Positions 29,742-40,815 of a stretch of 64,000 nt of DNA are shown piece after piece (the first letter of the stretch is position 1; every line of letters starts with the position of its first letter). The stretch spans positions 367,648-431,647 of the forward strand of contig SMSO01000014.1 in NCBI GenBank assembly GCA_004764695.1, read 5' to 3'. The DNA is from Schizochytrium sp. TIO01 (lineage: Eukaryota > Protista > Bigyra: Labyrinthulomycetes). The position numbers and the translations under genes were made by a program. Below the pieces are notes generated by a model, which saw only the letters and a list, made by a program, of their open reading frames with translations, was not told the origin of the DNA and did not search any database.

Positions 29742-32700
29742 TAAGGTTATGTTGCGATGCCGTTCTGCGAATCTCTGAAATCTCTACCTTTGCGAACGGA
29801 ACTTGCACGTTGGCAATTTCCACAAGTGGTTTGACTACATCTCCACGGGCACCTAGTTGAGTCGCCACAAGGTCAGGGAAGTTGCCCTTGGGAATAGTTC
29901 TTGTCGCTCTTGTTGCCTCGAAACTGCGACCAACCGCTCTACTGCTTGCATTCATTGGTTGCTGTTGTTGCTGCTGCTGCTGTTCGTCAGCTAGCAGCTG
30001 GCCAGCGAGAGCTACAAAGTGAGTCTTGCTTATGTGCCCTGTCTTGTCGTCAAGAAGCGGAGTTGGGGCTTTCTTTTTGGGTCTCGTGTACAACCTGTTC
30101 GCCTTGGGCCGGTTTTCTGCTTTAATAACAAACTCATCGAAAAGTCGTAAGTGAATATTATCCTGGCCATTTTGTACCCCCACAGCATCTTGAATGAATC
30201 CCTCAAACAGCTGCGTACCTAAGAAGCGGGTGTAAAAGTCCCGTGAAGAGGTATGTTCCGCGAGGAACGCGTTACGATCAAAAGTCCAATCAATCTCCTG
30301 ACGTTTTCGCACAATATATCTCTTGTAGTTCCGCAACTGACGGACATGAAAGGATAAAAATGCGCCGCGAACTTCTTGACACCACAGATCATATGCCTGT
30401 GTTTGTGCTTGTTTAGGAATCCGGCTTGTGAATGAAGTCTGCGAAGTGCGCGCGTGGACCTCGCGAGCCTCTTTGCTCTTCACGAAGGCTGATGCTTCTC
30501 CAAGACCAGGAGCTGACGTCGGACCCTTAGTACGGGGCATGTTACGCACAAGCTTCGAAAGAGCATCTCGAAGCTTACGAGCACCAATCTTGGGTAATGT
30601 GGGAAGCTCCAGTGGACGGTTATCGGCTTGAAATGGAAGGATTACGAGGTTCCGGTCCAGGTCTATGTACACCACATCCGCAGGCTCAAGAGCAACCGCA
30701 ACAGTTGGCGCATCGAATTGACTCACATCACTCACATCTGAATGCCGTAAATTGGACAATGAATTGCTGCGAGGACGCAATGACGGGAGATTGGAGATAC
30801 GCGAGCTGGTGCTATTCATTTCGAAAATCTCTGAAGGTGCGTTGCGTGATAAGCTAAACTCAGGAGTCTCAGGTACATCGACATTCACGGACCTTGAAGG
30901 AAGAATCATACTCCCCCCAAGGTCAATGCATGATGAATTTACACCCATGAAAAACGGCACAGGGGCGAACAAAAAGTCCATCAGAGCTGCCGGCAAGACA
31001 GGGATATAGATGCATTGCAGATCGAGGGGAAACATAATTGCTCGTATTGCTTCTGCGACAGGCGTTAGCTTGTCTTCGTCCGCGCAGCAAAGTGCAACTT
31101 TTTGTTCGGTCAACAAGCACGCGAAAATTGCCAAAACAGTGCCCACACTGAGGTTTTCAAAAAGTTTGGTCATCGAAACCTCAGATAGTGGTAACTCATT
31201 GCTTGCTGGGCGTCGAATGTAAATGGGCAAGTCGTACATGATAGTCTGAACTTGGTACTCTCCTGGCGGGGGGACTGGTGTTTCACTAATAAAGTTAGCA
31301 ATGTACCTTTCGAGAGGAAGTGGGGTTTCCATTTTTGATAATCGCAAAGTTTGGCGAAGGAATTTCTCAAAAGTGTCGTACATCGGCCATCGTGAAAGAA
31401 CACATAGGCTCGTTGGTGCAAACCAATGTCGACTGCCTACTGTCTTTAATAAATGATCTACAGCTCCATTTTGATTATAGGGTCGAAGTAACTCATATGG
31501 GTCTACTTCTTCGTAAAATGTAAGTACCATGGCATACCTTCGAGTCCCCACGCCATCTGTTAATACTAACGGAGTGACCGTTACCTGTTGCGATTCATCA
31601 TTTTGTTGGGATGAAGAGATACCAGGACGCGTTGTAAGTAAAGTATAACTTTCTTTCCGAAAGCAGAAGCTCACCAAATCCTCTGGCAATGGCGCCTGTT
31701 CGTGGAGGGCACGGAAACCTGCAAGCTGCTCGATTGTAAAGCGCCGGCGAGCCAATTCATCAGGTTCTTCAAGAAGGTCTTCCACAGTTGGAGGCCACAC
31801 ATTACGCACGCGTGGCTGTAATGTTGCGTCAGCTAGCGAACTAAGATCTTTCAGCGTATCCGTATTACGAAATTGATGAGCATCAAGAACGAGGAAGTGG
31901 TCAATAAGGTAGTTCTCCGCGACTGCTGCACGGGCTTCAATATAAACAGATGGTTCACGAACTCGACCGTGCGGGGAGTTATGGTCATCTTCAAACATGA
32001 GGGGACTTGGCGTAGAAAGGCGTCGGATGTGACTTCGGCGGTGACGCCGCCCATGTGCGGAATCTGCAAAACTAGGATATAACAGACTGGCGATGAACAA
32101 ACTCGTTGGCACCTTGCGCGTAGGACGCGAGTCTTCCAATTCAAACTTTTTCAGGGCGTCACCAAGATAGAGACTTTTCGTGAATCCAATAGGATCTTCT
32201 AATGCTACATACACCATAAATGACAAGAACTTTGCCAAGTTAATTGACGAAAATCCCTGTGCCTTTACTTGGCTTCGGAAAAGCTGAATGTAGTATTCAT
32301 TTTTATCCCATGAGAAGATTTTCATGATCATCTGCTCTGCGTGAAAACATGACAAAGTGCCAAGTCCAACAGTTCCATCTTGGCTGGGAAGATTGAGATC
32401 TTTTAAGGTTGTGTCGAATATATCTGTCAACCCAATCCTTGCGTTTTCCATTAAAAGTTTACTCAATTCAACACTTCCCAACGCAAAAACATTATTGATG
32501 TCATCCAAAGAGGATTTTTTCCCTCCTATACTGGTGCTGCTACCGCGTCGAGGGGTCACAGCCTTTGCCACCAACTGTCGAAGAGAAAGGGATGTAATCG
32601 CAGTTAACTGAATGCAATTGGTCCATGTCCATAGAAGAGCTACAGGAAGAAGCCATTCTCGATTGGCGTGAGTGGGTAAAGCTAGCTCAAATCCAAGTCC

Positions 32701-35700
32701 TACAAGCTGCCGACTCCTTGAGAGAGCGTCGTGAATAGGCTTGTCGAGACGCGAAGCTTGCAAGATGCTGCTTGGTTCGACTTGCATATTTGTTTCCATC
32801 ATCGTAGCACGCTCTAATGCTGCCATTGCCAAAGCTTTGACTTGTCCACGCTCGAAGAGCACAAAAGACCAGTTGTTAAGTAATGATACGCGAAAGAATT
32901 TCGAGAAACGAACTTTCTCATAATTACTTGCAGCGCACCCAAAGTAATGATCTGCGGCTAACGCAGAACGAGCAACAGACCTAAAAAAGGATGCGCTATC
33001 CCATGATTCGTTTGTTGCGTATCGGTTTTGAGGACAAACTAGCTGGATACGTAAAACCAACATCCTCAGAGAGCCTTGTAGACGAAGTGCAGAAGCTTGA
33101 TCCAAGGTGAGTTGGTAGGTCGTTGCACTTTCTATATTTGCACCTATGGCAGGAATCAATTGAATAATTTCGCGGTCCTCCAAACTTGGGCGACGGTTAG
33201 ACTGGAAAGCATCATCCTCGTCGGTCTCTGTTTCATTGCGCTCCTCATTTTTCTTGCCATTGTCCTTATTTTTCTGTTCAGGCACTGGATTAGGCAATGA
33301 TAATTTCATTTCATTACGATGCCAACGAAGCACTTCGCCCAGCATGGGCTCAGCATACTCCACACACGCCCTAGCAAAGTCACAAAGCTCCATTAAATTT
33401 GAGTATCCTTGAATTTGATGGTGAGCGTGTGCGGGGGGGCGAACCACGGAAGCTGACCGTATTAGGGCATCCCACGAACAAAATCCCCAGCCATCCGCAA
33501 ATGGCCTGGATTGACCTGCCATCAAAATACCATCTTGGCATCCCGCTTGAAGACGCGATGCTAAACCTGTAATTGCGAGCGCCCATCGCCACTTAGCCTT
33601 TGTTAAATCCTCTGCACTTGCTCGATTGAGCGAGCGTAAAATAGAGCGAAATCTCAATGTTGCAACTTCATACAGCTGTACACATTCAGACATCGATAGT
33701 GCTTTGTCTATATCGGCAAGACCTAGGGTTCCTCGCGTGAGTTGTACACACGCATCGGCACGACGCGTGAACCTTTCTACGGCCTCCAGCATAGAATCCT
33801 CCGCCTGCTGACATGCTTCATTTATATATCTTGTCATATGCCCTGCATGATCTGTTGTTGCAGGTGGTAGCGAACTACTGACTTCACTCGAAGATGATAT
33901 ATTTGATTGGTTCTCAAAGCTAATTGGAGCATTGGCCAAGCTCTGATACTCTAGCGCTTCAGCGAAGGCATTCGCCGCATTTACCTCGTGCTCTTCTCTC
34001 TCACAGTCGCGAATTTCATCTGCAATAAGTCTATAATAATCATCGGGGCACTGATCTGCTTCCCAGAGTGCATTGAATTCCTTGGCGAGTTTCTGAGCGC
34101 ATGCAACAATATCTACCTGCGTCCCGAGCGGTGTGACTGGACCACGCCTCCAATGTCGGTTTTCTAAGCGCTGACACAAAACACGCAGCTTAACAGGTCG
34201 TCCAAAAATATTGAAATGAAGATGTTGAAGCAAACCCTTGATGGGAAGTTCTGGATTGCGTAGCATCACAGAAGCAAACCATCGATCACGCTCTGCTCGA
34301 ACACTTCGATCTTGGACCTTTTGAATTTCTAGAGGAACTGCAAGGATTATAGCCAAGCGAACTATCGCTTGAACGAAAGCTTTCCATCCCATCTTGCCCT
34401 TTCCATCCAACGCCGCGACATCGCCATTCTGGCTATGGTATTCACAGCAAGTCACATATATTTTAGAGGTGAGTCTAGCATCTAGATGGCTCCCCAGAGT
34501 ATATAGCTCAAGATCTTGGGTAAAGAGCTGGAATTGACCCAACGTAATGAAACGATCTTGAGCTTTGCGGACTCTTGCACCAGGATCTCTAACACAATAG
34601 GCATCAAATGCATGTGAAAACACCACACGCAACCTTGCTAGAATACTGTGCAAGCGACAAGACTGCTCCAATTGTAAGAAGAGGGTTTCAGAGGGTGATC
34701 CATCAAAACTACTCGTAGTTTCCCATCGCGCAGAATATGGTGCTACATACTCATTGAGTAATGCTTCGAGCGCTGCTTGCGGAGACCGACATGTATTGCT
34801 ATGTGTGACTTGAGCTAGCCGAACAAGCATTGAGAGAAAACCCTCATATCGTTTATTCTGGACGCTCACGTATATCAGGGTAACTCTTTCTCGAGGAATA
34901 GGAATTCGACACTCGAGGATAAATTGTAGAAATGATTGAAGCGAGATCCCTCCATCTTCGGCTCGCCTTCCACGAAGACTATATTCTGTATAAATACCAC
35001 GCAATGTTTGATGTATAGAATCCCGCAGTGGGATTCCATTAGATCCACCCCCTCCACTTGTGCTGCCTATTGAGTTACGCCTCCAAAGTGCCCGTTCCTG
35101 AGCCTGCAATGTAGAAACCTCCTTGCAACAATCCGCATCAGAGGGATAAAACTCATCTACTCGAGACCAAATAAGATTCTCTGCAGCTTCATCATTTTCC
35201 TTAGGATGCGACTCCCACGGTCGCAGCTTTCCAACCCTCAAAATGACTTGCCGCATTCTGTCACTTGGGCATGCATTTAACCGTGCCAGCACACGATCAT
35301 TTCGGCCCCATTCTGCCATCTGCCCATTTACTAATTTTCCTCGCAATTTGACCTTGGTTGATGCAGGCATGAAGTATCGCATGGCATCCTCGCATAGATC
35401 TGCGAAAATTGTCTTTTCAGATACCCAAAATTCATTTTCTGGTAGCGAAGTTTCTGGGAAATCGTGTTCCAACCTACTTCCTGTGGAGAGGCGCCGTCTT
35501 GACGGAGCTGGAGGCAAGGTTTCATTGTCAAGATGAAAATGTGATCTCCCATCATATGATGTCATGCCGGTAGAGTTTGATCTTGGTCGTCTCGGTAATG
35601 TTGAATTTTTGGGCTCGTCTTCTCTTTGCGTTTGAGGAAGCGGAATGTTTTCAGAAAACACATCACTATCCCTGCGAAATCTGTGCTGATTGCCAAGAAC

Positions 35701-35883
35701 CTGCAATTTATTCGCCTCGTCTGAGTGTGCGAGCCATGCTTTTGGTTCTTGCCACAGGCCTTGAGCCTTAGCTGTAAGCTCTGGTAAGAGGTCTTCCTCA
35801 TCTCTCCACAATGTTACCTTGACTCTGAACATCGCAGTTCGAGAATAGTGACAAACGGCCTGACGGGCCACCTTTTCATGCAA
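29719..35883 (-). CDS. Large DENN-domain (uDENN/cDENN/dDENN) Rab-GEF-like protein, 2054 aa
   Basis: LPEDLVSFCF, LVLTDGVGTRRYAMVLTFYE, SLCVLSRWP...FEKFL, PLERYIANF..ETPVPPPG, LLTEQKVAL, IYIPVLP....FLFAPVPFFMG, FL.TQLFE.FI: canonical DENN motifs. Confidence 0.9.
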   Translation of the reverse strand: MHEKVARQAVCHYSRTAMFRVKVTLWRDEEDLLPELTAKAQGLWQEPKAWLAHSDEANKLQVLGNQHRFRRDSDVFSENIPLPQTQREDEPKNSTLPRRPRSNSTGMTSYDGRSHFHLDNETLPPAPSRRRLSTGSRLEHDFPETSLPENEFWVSEKTIFADLCEDAMRYFMPASTKVKLRGKLVNGQMAEWGRNDRVLARLNACPSDRMRQVILRVGKLRPWESHPKENDEAAENLIWSRVDEFYPSDADCCKEVSTLQAQERALWRRNSIGSTSGGGGSNGIPLRDSIHQTLRGIYTEYSLRGRRAEDGGISLQSFLQFILECRIPIPRERVTLIYVSVQNKRYEGFLSMLVRLAQVTHSNTCRSPQAALEALLNEYVAPYSARWETTSSFDGSPSETLFLQLEQSCRLHSILARLRVVFSHAFDAYCVRDPGARVRKAQDRFITLGQFQLFTQDLELYTLGSHLDARLTSKIYVTCCEYHSQNGDVAALDGKGKMGWKAFVQAIVRLAIILAVPLEIQKVQDRSVRAERDRWFASVMLRNPELPIKGLLQHLHFNIFGRPVKLRVLCQRLENRHWRRGPVTPLGTQVDIVACAQKLAKEFNALWEADQCPDDYYRLIADEIRDCEREEHEVNAANAFAEALEYQSLANAPISFENQSNISSSSEVSSSLPPATTDHAGHMTRYINEACQQAEDSMLEAVERFTRRADACVQLTRGTLGLADIDKALSMSECVQLYEVATLRFRSILRSLNRASAEDLTKAKWRWALAITGLASRLQAGCQDGILMAGQSRPFADGWGFCSWDALIRSASVVRPPAHAHHQIQGYSNLMELCDFARACVEYAEPMLGEVLRWHRNEMKLSLPNPVPEQKNKDNGKKNEERNETETDEDDAFQSNRRPSLEDREIIQLIPAIGANIESATTYQLTLDQASALRLQGSLRMLVLRIQLVCPQNRYATNESWDSASFFRSVARSALAADHYFGCAASNYEKVRFSKFFRVSLLNNWSFVLFERGQVKALAMAALERATMMETNMQVEPSSILQASRLDKPIHDALSRSRQLVGLGFELALPTHANREWLLPVALLWTWTNCIQLTAITSLSLRQLVAKAVTPRRGSSTSIGGKKSSLDDINNVFALGSVELSKLLMENARIGLTDIFDTTLKDLNLPSQDGTVGLGTLSCFHAEQMIMKIFSWDKNEYYIQLFRSQVKAQGFSSINLAKFLSFMVYVALEDPIGFTKSLYLGDALKKFELEDSRPTRKVPTSLFIASLLYPSFADSAHGRRHRRSHIRRLSTPSPLMFEDDHNSPHGRVREPSVYIEARAAVAENYLIDHFLVLDAHQFRNTDTLKDLSSLADATLQPRVRNVWPPTVEDLLEEPDELARRRFTIEQLAGFRALHEQAPLPEDLVSFCFRKESYTLLTTRPGISSSQQNDESQQVTVTPLVLTDGVGTRRYAMVLTFYEEVDPYELLRPYNQNGAVDHLLKTVGSRHWFAPTSLCVLSRWPMYDTFEKFLRQTLRLSKMETPLPLERYIANFISETPVPPPGEYQVQTIMYDLPIYIRRPASNELPLSEVSMTKLFENLSVGTVLAIFACLLTEQKVALCCADEDKLTPVAEAIRAIMFPLDLQCIYIPVLPAALMDFLFAPVPFFMGVNSSCIDLGGSMILPSRSVNVDVPETPEFSLSRNAPSEIFEMNSTSSRISNLPSLRPRSNSLSNLRHSDVSDVSQFDAPTVAVALEPADVVYIDLDRNLVILPFQADNRPLELPTLPKIGARKLRDALSKLVRNMPRTKGPTSAPGLGEASAFVKSKEAREVHARTSQTSFTSRIPKQAQTQAYDLWCQEVRGAFLSFHVRQLRNYKRYIVRKRQEIDWTFDRNAFLAEHTSSRDFYTRFLGTQLFEGFIQDAVGVQNGQDNIHLRLFDEFVIKAENRPKANRLYTRPKKKAPTPLLDDKTGHISKTHFVALAGQLLADEQQQQQQQQPMNASSRAVGRSFEATRATRTIPKGNFPDLVATQLGARGDVVKPLVEIANVQVPFAKVEISEIRRTASQHNLIIDQRRR

Positions 35884-37119
35884 ATTTTATTGTACAATTT
35901 TGTAAAGCGAACGCCTTTACACAGGTTTGGAGATCTCCTTGCTTGCTGTGATAGGGACTCTGTTCCAGAGCCCAGTCCCAGCTCAATGAAAATTCCTCCT
36001 CACGAGAAAAGTATCGTATTACAGTCTGTCAAGATTACCTCTTGAGTCCCTGACTAAAGTTCGCTCCGCTCCCCCCAGCCCAGCCCAGCCCACGCCAGGG
36101 CTTTCACGAACGAATCAGTAGCGAAAGCGCGAATGAACGCGTCAATGCCAGCCAAGAGAAGGAAAGGTAAAGGAAGAGGAAGAACCTGCGAGCCGTTGAC
36201 AAAAAGTGGTCTATTAGTATTACAACGATGGTACTACCATAACTTTTTCTACATTATATAACAGTCCCTGAATCTTATGGAGCCCACAAATAGCTTGAGC
36301 GCTTCTCATGATCATCATCAAAAGGGCTCCCTCTCCTGGCGTAATGCACAAAGACTCCGGACCCTCAAGTGAGCGTCAGAGCACCATTGCTAATGAAAAT
36401 GAAATGCCACAAGCTTGGGCCTCTTATCACACGTAGCCACAACACAAGCTGTCTTCATTATCACTTTTACTAACGTAGGTATTCCCTTCCTACACCATAA
36501 CTTTGAGCACGCTAGATGTTGGCTACCTTTAGCGTGGATGTCCCATTTAGGGTCTTTGGGCCTCCCGAGGCAAAATGAAGTCAGCCTCAGCTTCTACACA
36601 GTGTTCGATATTCCTTTTGATGTTCCTAATTCTTGAAACACAACACGCTGGAGTACTGCTTTTTAGCTTGCCCTGATGAGTTTTAGAGGCAGGTACCCAC
36701 GTCCGTAGCCTTTGATGATTCTGCAAACTAAAACTGGGGCTCAAATTGCACTCTCAATGCTCCCCAAGACCCAGCTTCTTATCTGTTGTCCCGATGACGG
36801 TGAATAAAATGACACGTCCAATCATAGATTGTAAAGCATGCACACATCGTGTCATGCAGGGGTGAATCCGTCATTGATACGCCCATCGCTTTAGAACTGG
36901 CAAATGGCTGCATTGATTTTGGATGAGTTGACTTTGATGAGGATAACTTTTCCATCTTCGTATAGAAAAAAACAAAAACTTATTCCCTTTGATTTTTAAT
37001 TTAATTTGAAAAAGAAAAAAAAGGAAATCATTCGCCTCTTGGTGATTGCACGAAACCAGAAAGACTTTGAGGAAAGATTGAGGCGCCCGGACGCGCTTCA
37101 ACCCTGCAACCTCGCGCGT

Positions 37120-40100
37120 ATGGCGGCGGGGAGGGCCTCTCTGCCTGCGGGGGGCGCCCCGCCGGCCGCCGCGCACGGCGTCACGCACCATGGGCCGCCT
37201 GGAACCACGCTTGTAAACGAGACTCACCTAAACACGACGCCCACGAACGTGTCTGACGACAATAACTGCACCAAGAGAAACCAGAACAAAGGCGGACACA
37301 TCTTCGGTGCCAACAGCAGTGTCAGGCTCGAAAGCGGTGGCGCAAACATCGCCAGAGAAAAATTCTACGACGACAAAATCGAAAGCCATCATGGTGACGC
37401 CCACAGGAATGCAATCAAATCCAGTGTTCGATCAAACTCCGACACTAACAAAAGTAATCATAACGAATCGGTCAACAGAAACTTTCCAGCTGACCCAGCA
37501 GCTCGCAATGTGATGAATAATGCAGAAACTCTCAGCGAGGGCTTTGAGAGAAATACGCAGCAGCAGGGAAGCTATGTGCACCCAGTTCCGCCATCGAGAT
37601 GGGCAACATCAACTCAGGAAAGCTTGAGTACAATTGGATCAAATGGAAATCATAGAGGAACACAGGGGGTTGCACAGGCACACCAAGCTGGTACTGCGGG
37701 AGCAAAGTCACAAGCTACCTCTTGGGCAACGCAAGGGGTCTCACAAAATTCGCCAACGCAAACGCAAACTAGAACGCCGACAGGGAATAGTGTGGCGAGA
37801 GAAACACAAACGCAAACAACGAGACGGGACGGCTCTTGGTCTGTGATGGGGGGCACTCTACCAGTAAATCCAACTTTACAAGGGCCTCCGCGAACACAGG
37901 CTCAATCTGCGACCCAAACTACATCATCACAACCACCCCCTCGACCCAAGGTGCTACAGCCAGCAACAAAGCAATCAGCAACACAAACCTCAGTACCAGC
38001 ACCAGCGCCACAGGTACCAGCATCACAGTCAACAATAGAACCAGCCCAAAGTGGAGCTTCAAAGAATTCTACAGCATCTATGAAACCACCAACACTACAA
38101 ATGCAGACAACACTAAGAAAGCTGGAAACCCCAGCACCTGCGATCCCATGTGCACAAGAAAGACCGCCACAGGCACAGCTACCAAAATCTCGAGATGTTA
38201 CTGAGGCAGCACCCTTCACGAAGGTATCTACAACGCCACATCAGTCAACGACGCAGAATCTGACGCAACCTATTTCATCGAGTTCATCAGGAAAACTGCC
38301 TGCAGCCCTATCATTCCAGCGTGAAGGTGTAAGAGTGCTGTCATCGAACTCATCAACGAAACTTTCTTCAGAATTAAGCACACCCAGCCAAGCCATGCAA
38401 ACGATGCGCTTCGCGAAATTAGAGCTTAACCATCGCGAAGCTTCGCCGCCGGCGGTGCCAGCCTGTACAAACCCTCCGCTACTCAAACCGCAAACGCAGT
38501 CCTCTCCAACAACAGCGCCAATCCAACCAGAGATTGTACCCAGCTCTTTACAAAACCCGTCACCAGCAATTCTGCCGCCATCCTCTAATGCATCTTCGTC
38601 ATTGGTCAAAGTACTGCCACAACACAATCAATCACGCGAGACGAAGCAGGGTACTGGTAATGTGGCTTATGGAAGGCCAACAAATCAAGCACCCTCATCT
38701 ATAATTAAGCAAATTAGGACACAAACTACAAGCCAGGCGTCTCATACGTCTGCGCAACCGAAGCCAGCAACTGCTGGTGAAAAGCAAACAGGAGCGCAAG
38801 ATCAGCGCCCCGGTTATGTTAGACAGGTCATGGACGCCTCTATGGAGGGCGCTTTGGCGTCCCATCAGTCGCCTGACGCAGCACCAAAATCACAACCAGT
38901 AATACCCTCTGCGCAGTCTGGTATTGCAAATTTGGAGAACCCAAAGCAATTTTTCAAAGACACATCTAGGGGTTCACAACATGTTGTGACGGTAAACTCA
39001 AACAATGCGATTAATGAAATAGACTCAGGAATAAGCCAACAACAACATCAACATCAACAGTACCAGGAGAACGGTATTAGCTCTAAGATGAGTTGGCATG
39101 ACACAGCTAAAATGAACTCCTCCGCGGAAAATACAATGACATTAAAGGGAGTACCTAGGCCATTTGGAATTGCTGATAACCAAAAAGGTACACAGAATGT
39201 ATCTCTCAACACAAAGACACCATCATCTGCACCTTCGCCTTCCCCGTCAGCTTCTCAGAATCATGTTCCTATTGTGGTTCATCAGCACCGCCCACCAACA
39301 GCACCCAATGTGGGCTCTAAACGTGATATATACCCTCCACGGATTAACCAAAATAGGCCGCCCACTGCACCAAGCGTCGCTGCAAAATCATCTGTGCTGC
39401 CTCCTGGAGTCAACGGACCTCTAGCAAGCTGTGTTACCGAGACTTTGATACGGCCTGAGTCTTCATCGTCAAACGCCTCGTCGTCCTCATCTTCATCTTC
39501 ATCTTCGTTTGCATCGGGTGCCCAACCCGTGCATTTGCACGTGTCAAAGATTCGCAGCAACAACAGCAAGTTGGTTAATGGATCGATAGGTAGTAGCTCG
39601 ACTAGCAGTGCTAAACCGCCTCTTCCATCAACTAGTTATGGACTACGAGGAATTCGAAAGCCCTCCCCATCGTTGGTCAATATGTCTTTGAACTCACAAA
39701 CTCAAAACGACTCTCCAACATCTTCATTATCCTTCTCCTCTTCTTCGCAATCCCCACACAGAGCGAATGGAAGGTTCGACTTCCCTTTGCAGAGCCAAGC
39801 ACTGCTAAGTACGCCCTCCACTGAATCGAATAGGGTTGAACCGCACGCAGAAGAGGCAGCGCCTGCCCACGCAAGTTCATTTCAGCAGAATAAAGCTCGT
39901 GGGGTGCCTCAACGCGGCCCTAGCCCAAACCTCGTGGAACGATGTACGAGCCCTGTAGTTTTGCCAAGGTCGGGATCTGGGGCACGTCCATCTTCTGCAT
40001 CGGGGCCATTTGCGAAGTTATCGGAACTTACTTCACACGATCCTCCTCGCCCAATGATACGGCGAGGAAGCATGAGTGGTCCTCCTGCGCCACTGCTTCT

Positions 40101-40815
40101 TCGTCACTCTGGGAGTACGGGCTCGAAATCTAGTACTCAAAATGTTCAGCAACGAGATCTTCATCCCGGGGTTTATACCCAGTATGTATCTAGTGAGGAT
40201 CCTGGTGGATTTGTGCCTAGTCGTGGGCCTTCACCCCGCAGCATTCCCTCCGCGGTAGAGATTCGACCCTCGCGAAGGCGAAGAGCGGAGTTGCTTCTTT
40301 TACAGCAGCAGGATGACAACGAGGAAAATGGGAAGAACCTTGATGAGCAATTTGTAGGGTGGCGCATTGAAGGCGATTCGGAAGGCGAGGCTGAGCCTGC
40401 CTTAGGTGAAGGTTTTGCACCGCGTGAAGAAAATCCATATAATGACCTCGCGCGTCGTTTATCCCATGAGGAAGCACCATCCACGGGCCGATGGACTCTT
40501 ATGTCACCTGGTTTCACAGGGTCCACAGCCTCTTCAGCAGCAGCCGAACAACGTCGCCTCACTATGGATTCAACAGACTCATACACAAACGACCTATTCC
40601 GGCTTCCTGATGAACAACTTTTTCTAGGTGGGGCTGAGTGGAACCCAAGGCGACGCTTGTCTGCTACATCAGCGACATCAGAAACTCATTCGCAGTCGAG
40701 AAGGGGATCTGTTGATTCGTATCCAGAAAACCGAGTTGGTCCTTTTGGGGCATTTGTTGCTAGACGTCCAAAGACCGGGAAGCTTCCACACAGGATTCTC
40801 TTCATCAGAAGATGA
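37120..40815 (+). CDS. Large S/T/P/Q-rich disordered protein, 5' part (probably continues into the +1-frame ORF ending at 41710)
   Basis: Uninterrupted 3.7-kb ORF; first ATG at 37120; repeated RPPTAP and RRxS motifs. Confidence 0.7.
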   Translation: MAAGRASLPAGGAPPAAAHGVTHHGPPGTTLVNETHLNTTPTNVSDDNNCTKRNQNKGGHIFGANSSVRLESGGANIAREKFYDDKIESHHGDAHRNAIKSSVRSNSDTNKSNHNESVNRNFPADPAARNVMNNAETLSEGFERNTQQQGSYVHPVPPSRWATSTQESLSTIGSNGNHRGTQGVAQAHQAGTAGAKSQATSWATQGVSQNSPTQTQTRTPTGNSVARETQTQTTRRDGSWSVMGGTLPVNPTLQGPPRTQAQSATQTTSSQPPPRPKVLQPATKQSATQTSVPAPAPQVPASQSTIEPAQSGASKNSTASMKPPTLQMQTTLRKLETPAPAIPCAQERPPQAQLPKSRDVTEAAPFTKVSTTPHQSTTQNLTQPISSSSSGKLPAALSFQREGVRVLSSNSSTKLSSELSTPSQAMQTMRFAKLELNHREASPPAVPACTNPPLLKPQTQSSPTTAPIQPEIVPSSLQNPSPAILPPSSNASSSLVKVLPQHNQSRETKQGTGNVAYGRPTNQAPSSIIKQIRTQTTSQASHTSAQPKPATAGEKQTGAQDQRPGYVRQVMDASMEGALASHQSPDAAPKSQPVIPSAQSGIANLENPKQFFKDTSRGSQHVVTVNSNNAINEIDSGISQQQHQHQQYQENGISSKMSWHDTAKMNSSAENTMTLKGVPRPFGIADNQKGTQNVSLNTKTPSSAPSPSPSASQNHVPIVVHQHRPPTAPNVGSKRDIYPPRINQNRPPTAPSVAAKSSVLPPGVNGPLASCVTETLIRPESSSSNASSSSSSSSSSFASGAQPVHLHVSKIRSNNSKLVNGSIGSSSTSSAKPPLPSTSYGLRGIRKPSPSLVNMSLNSQTQNDSPTSSLSFSSSSQSPHRANGRFDFPLQSQALLSTPSTESNRVEPHAEEAAPAHASSFQQNKARGVPQRGPSPNLVERCTSPVVLPRSGSGARPSSASGPFAKLSELTSHDPPRPMIRRGSMSGPPAPLLLRHSGSTGSKSSTQNVQQRDLHPGVYTQYVSSEDPGGFVPSRGPSPRSIPSAVEIRPSRRRRAELLLLQQQDDNEENGKNLDEQFVGWRIEGDSEGEAEPALGEGFAPREENPYNDLARRLSHEEAPSTGRWTLMSPGFTGSTASSAAAEQRRLTMDSTDSYTNDLFRLPDEQLFLGGAEWNPRRRLSATSATSETHSQSRRGSVDSYPENRVGPFGAFVARRPKTGKLPHRILFIRR

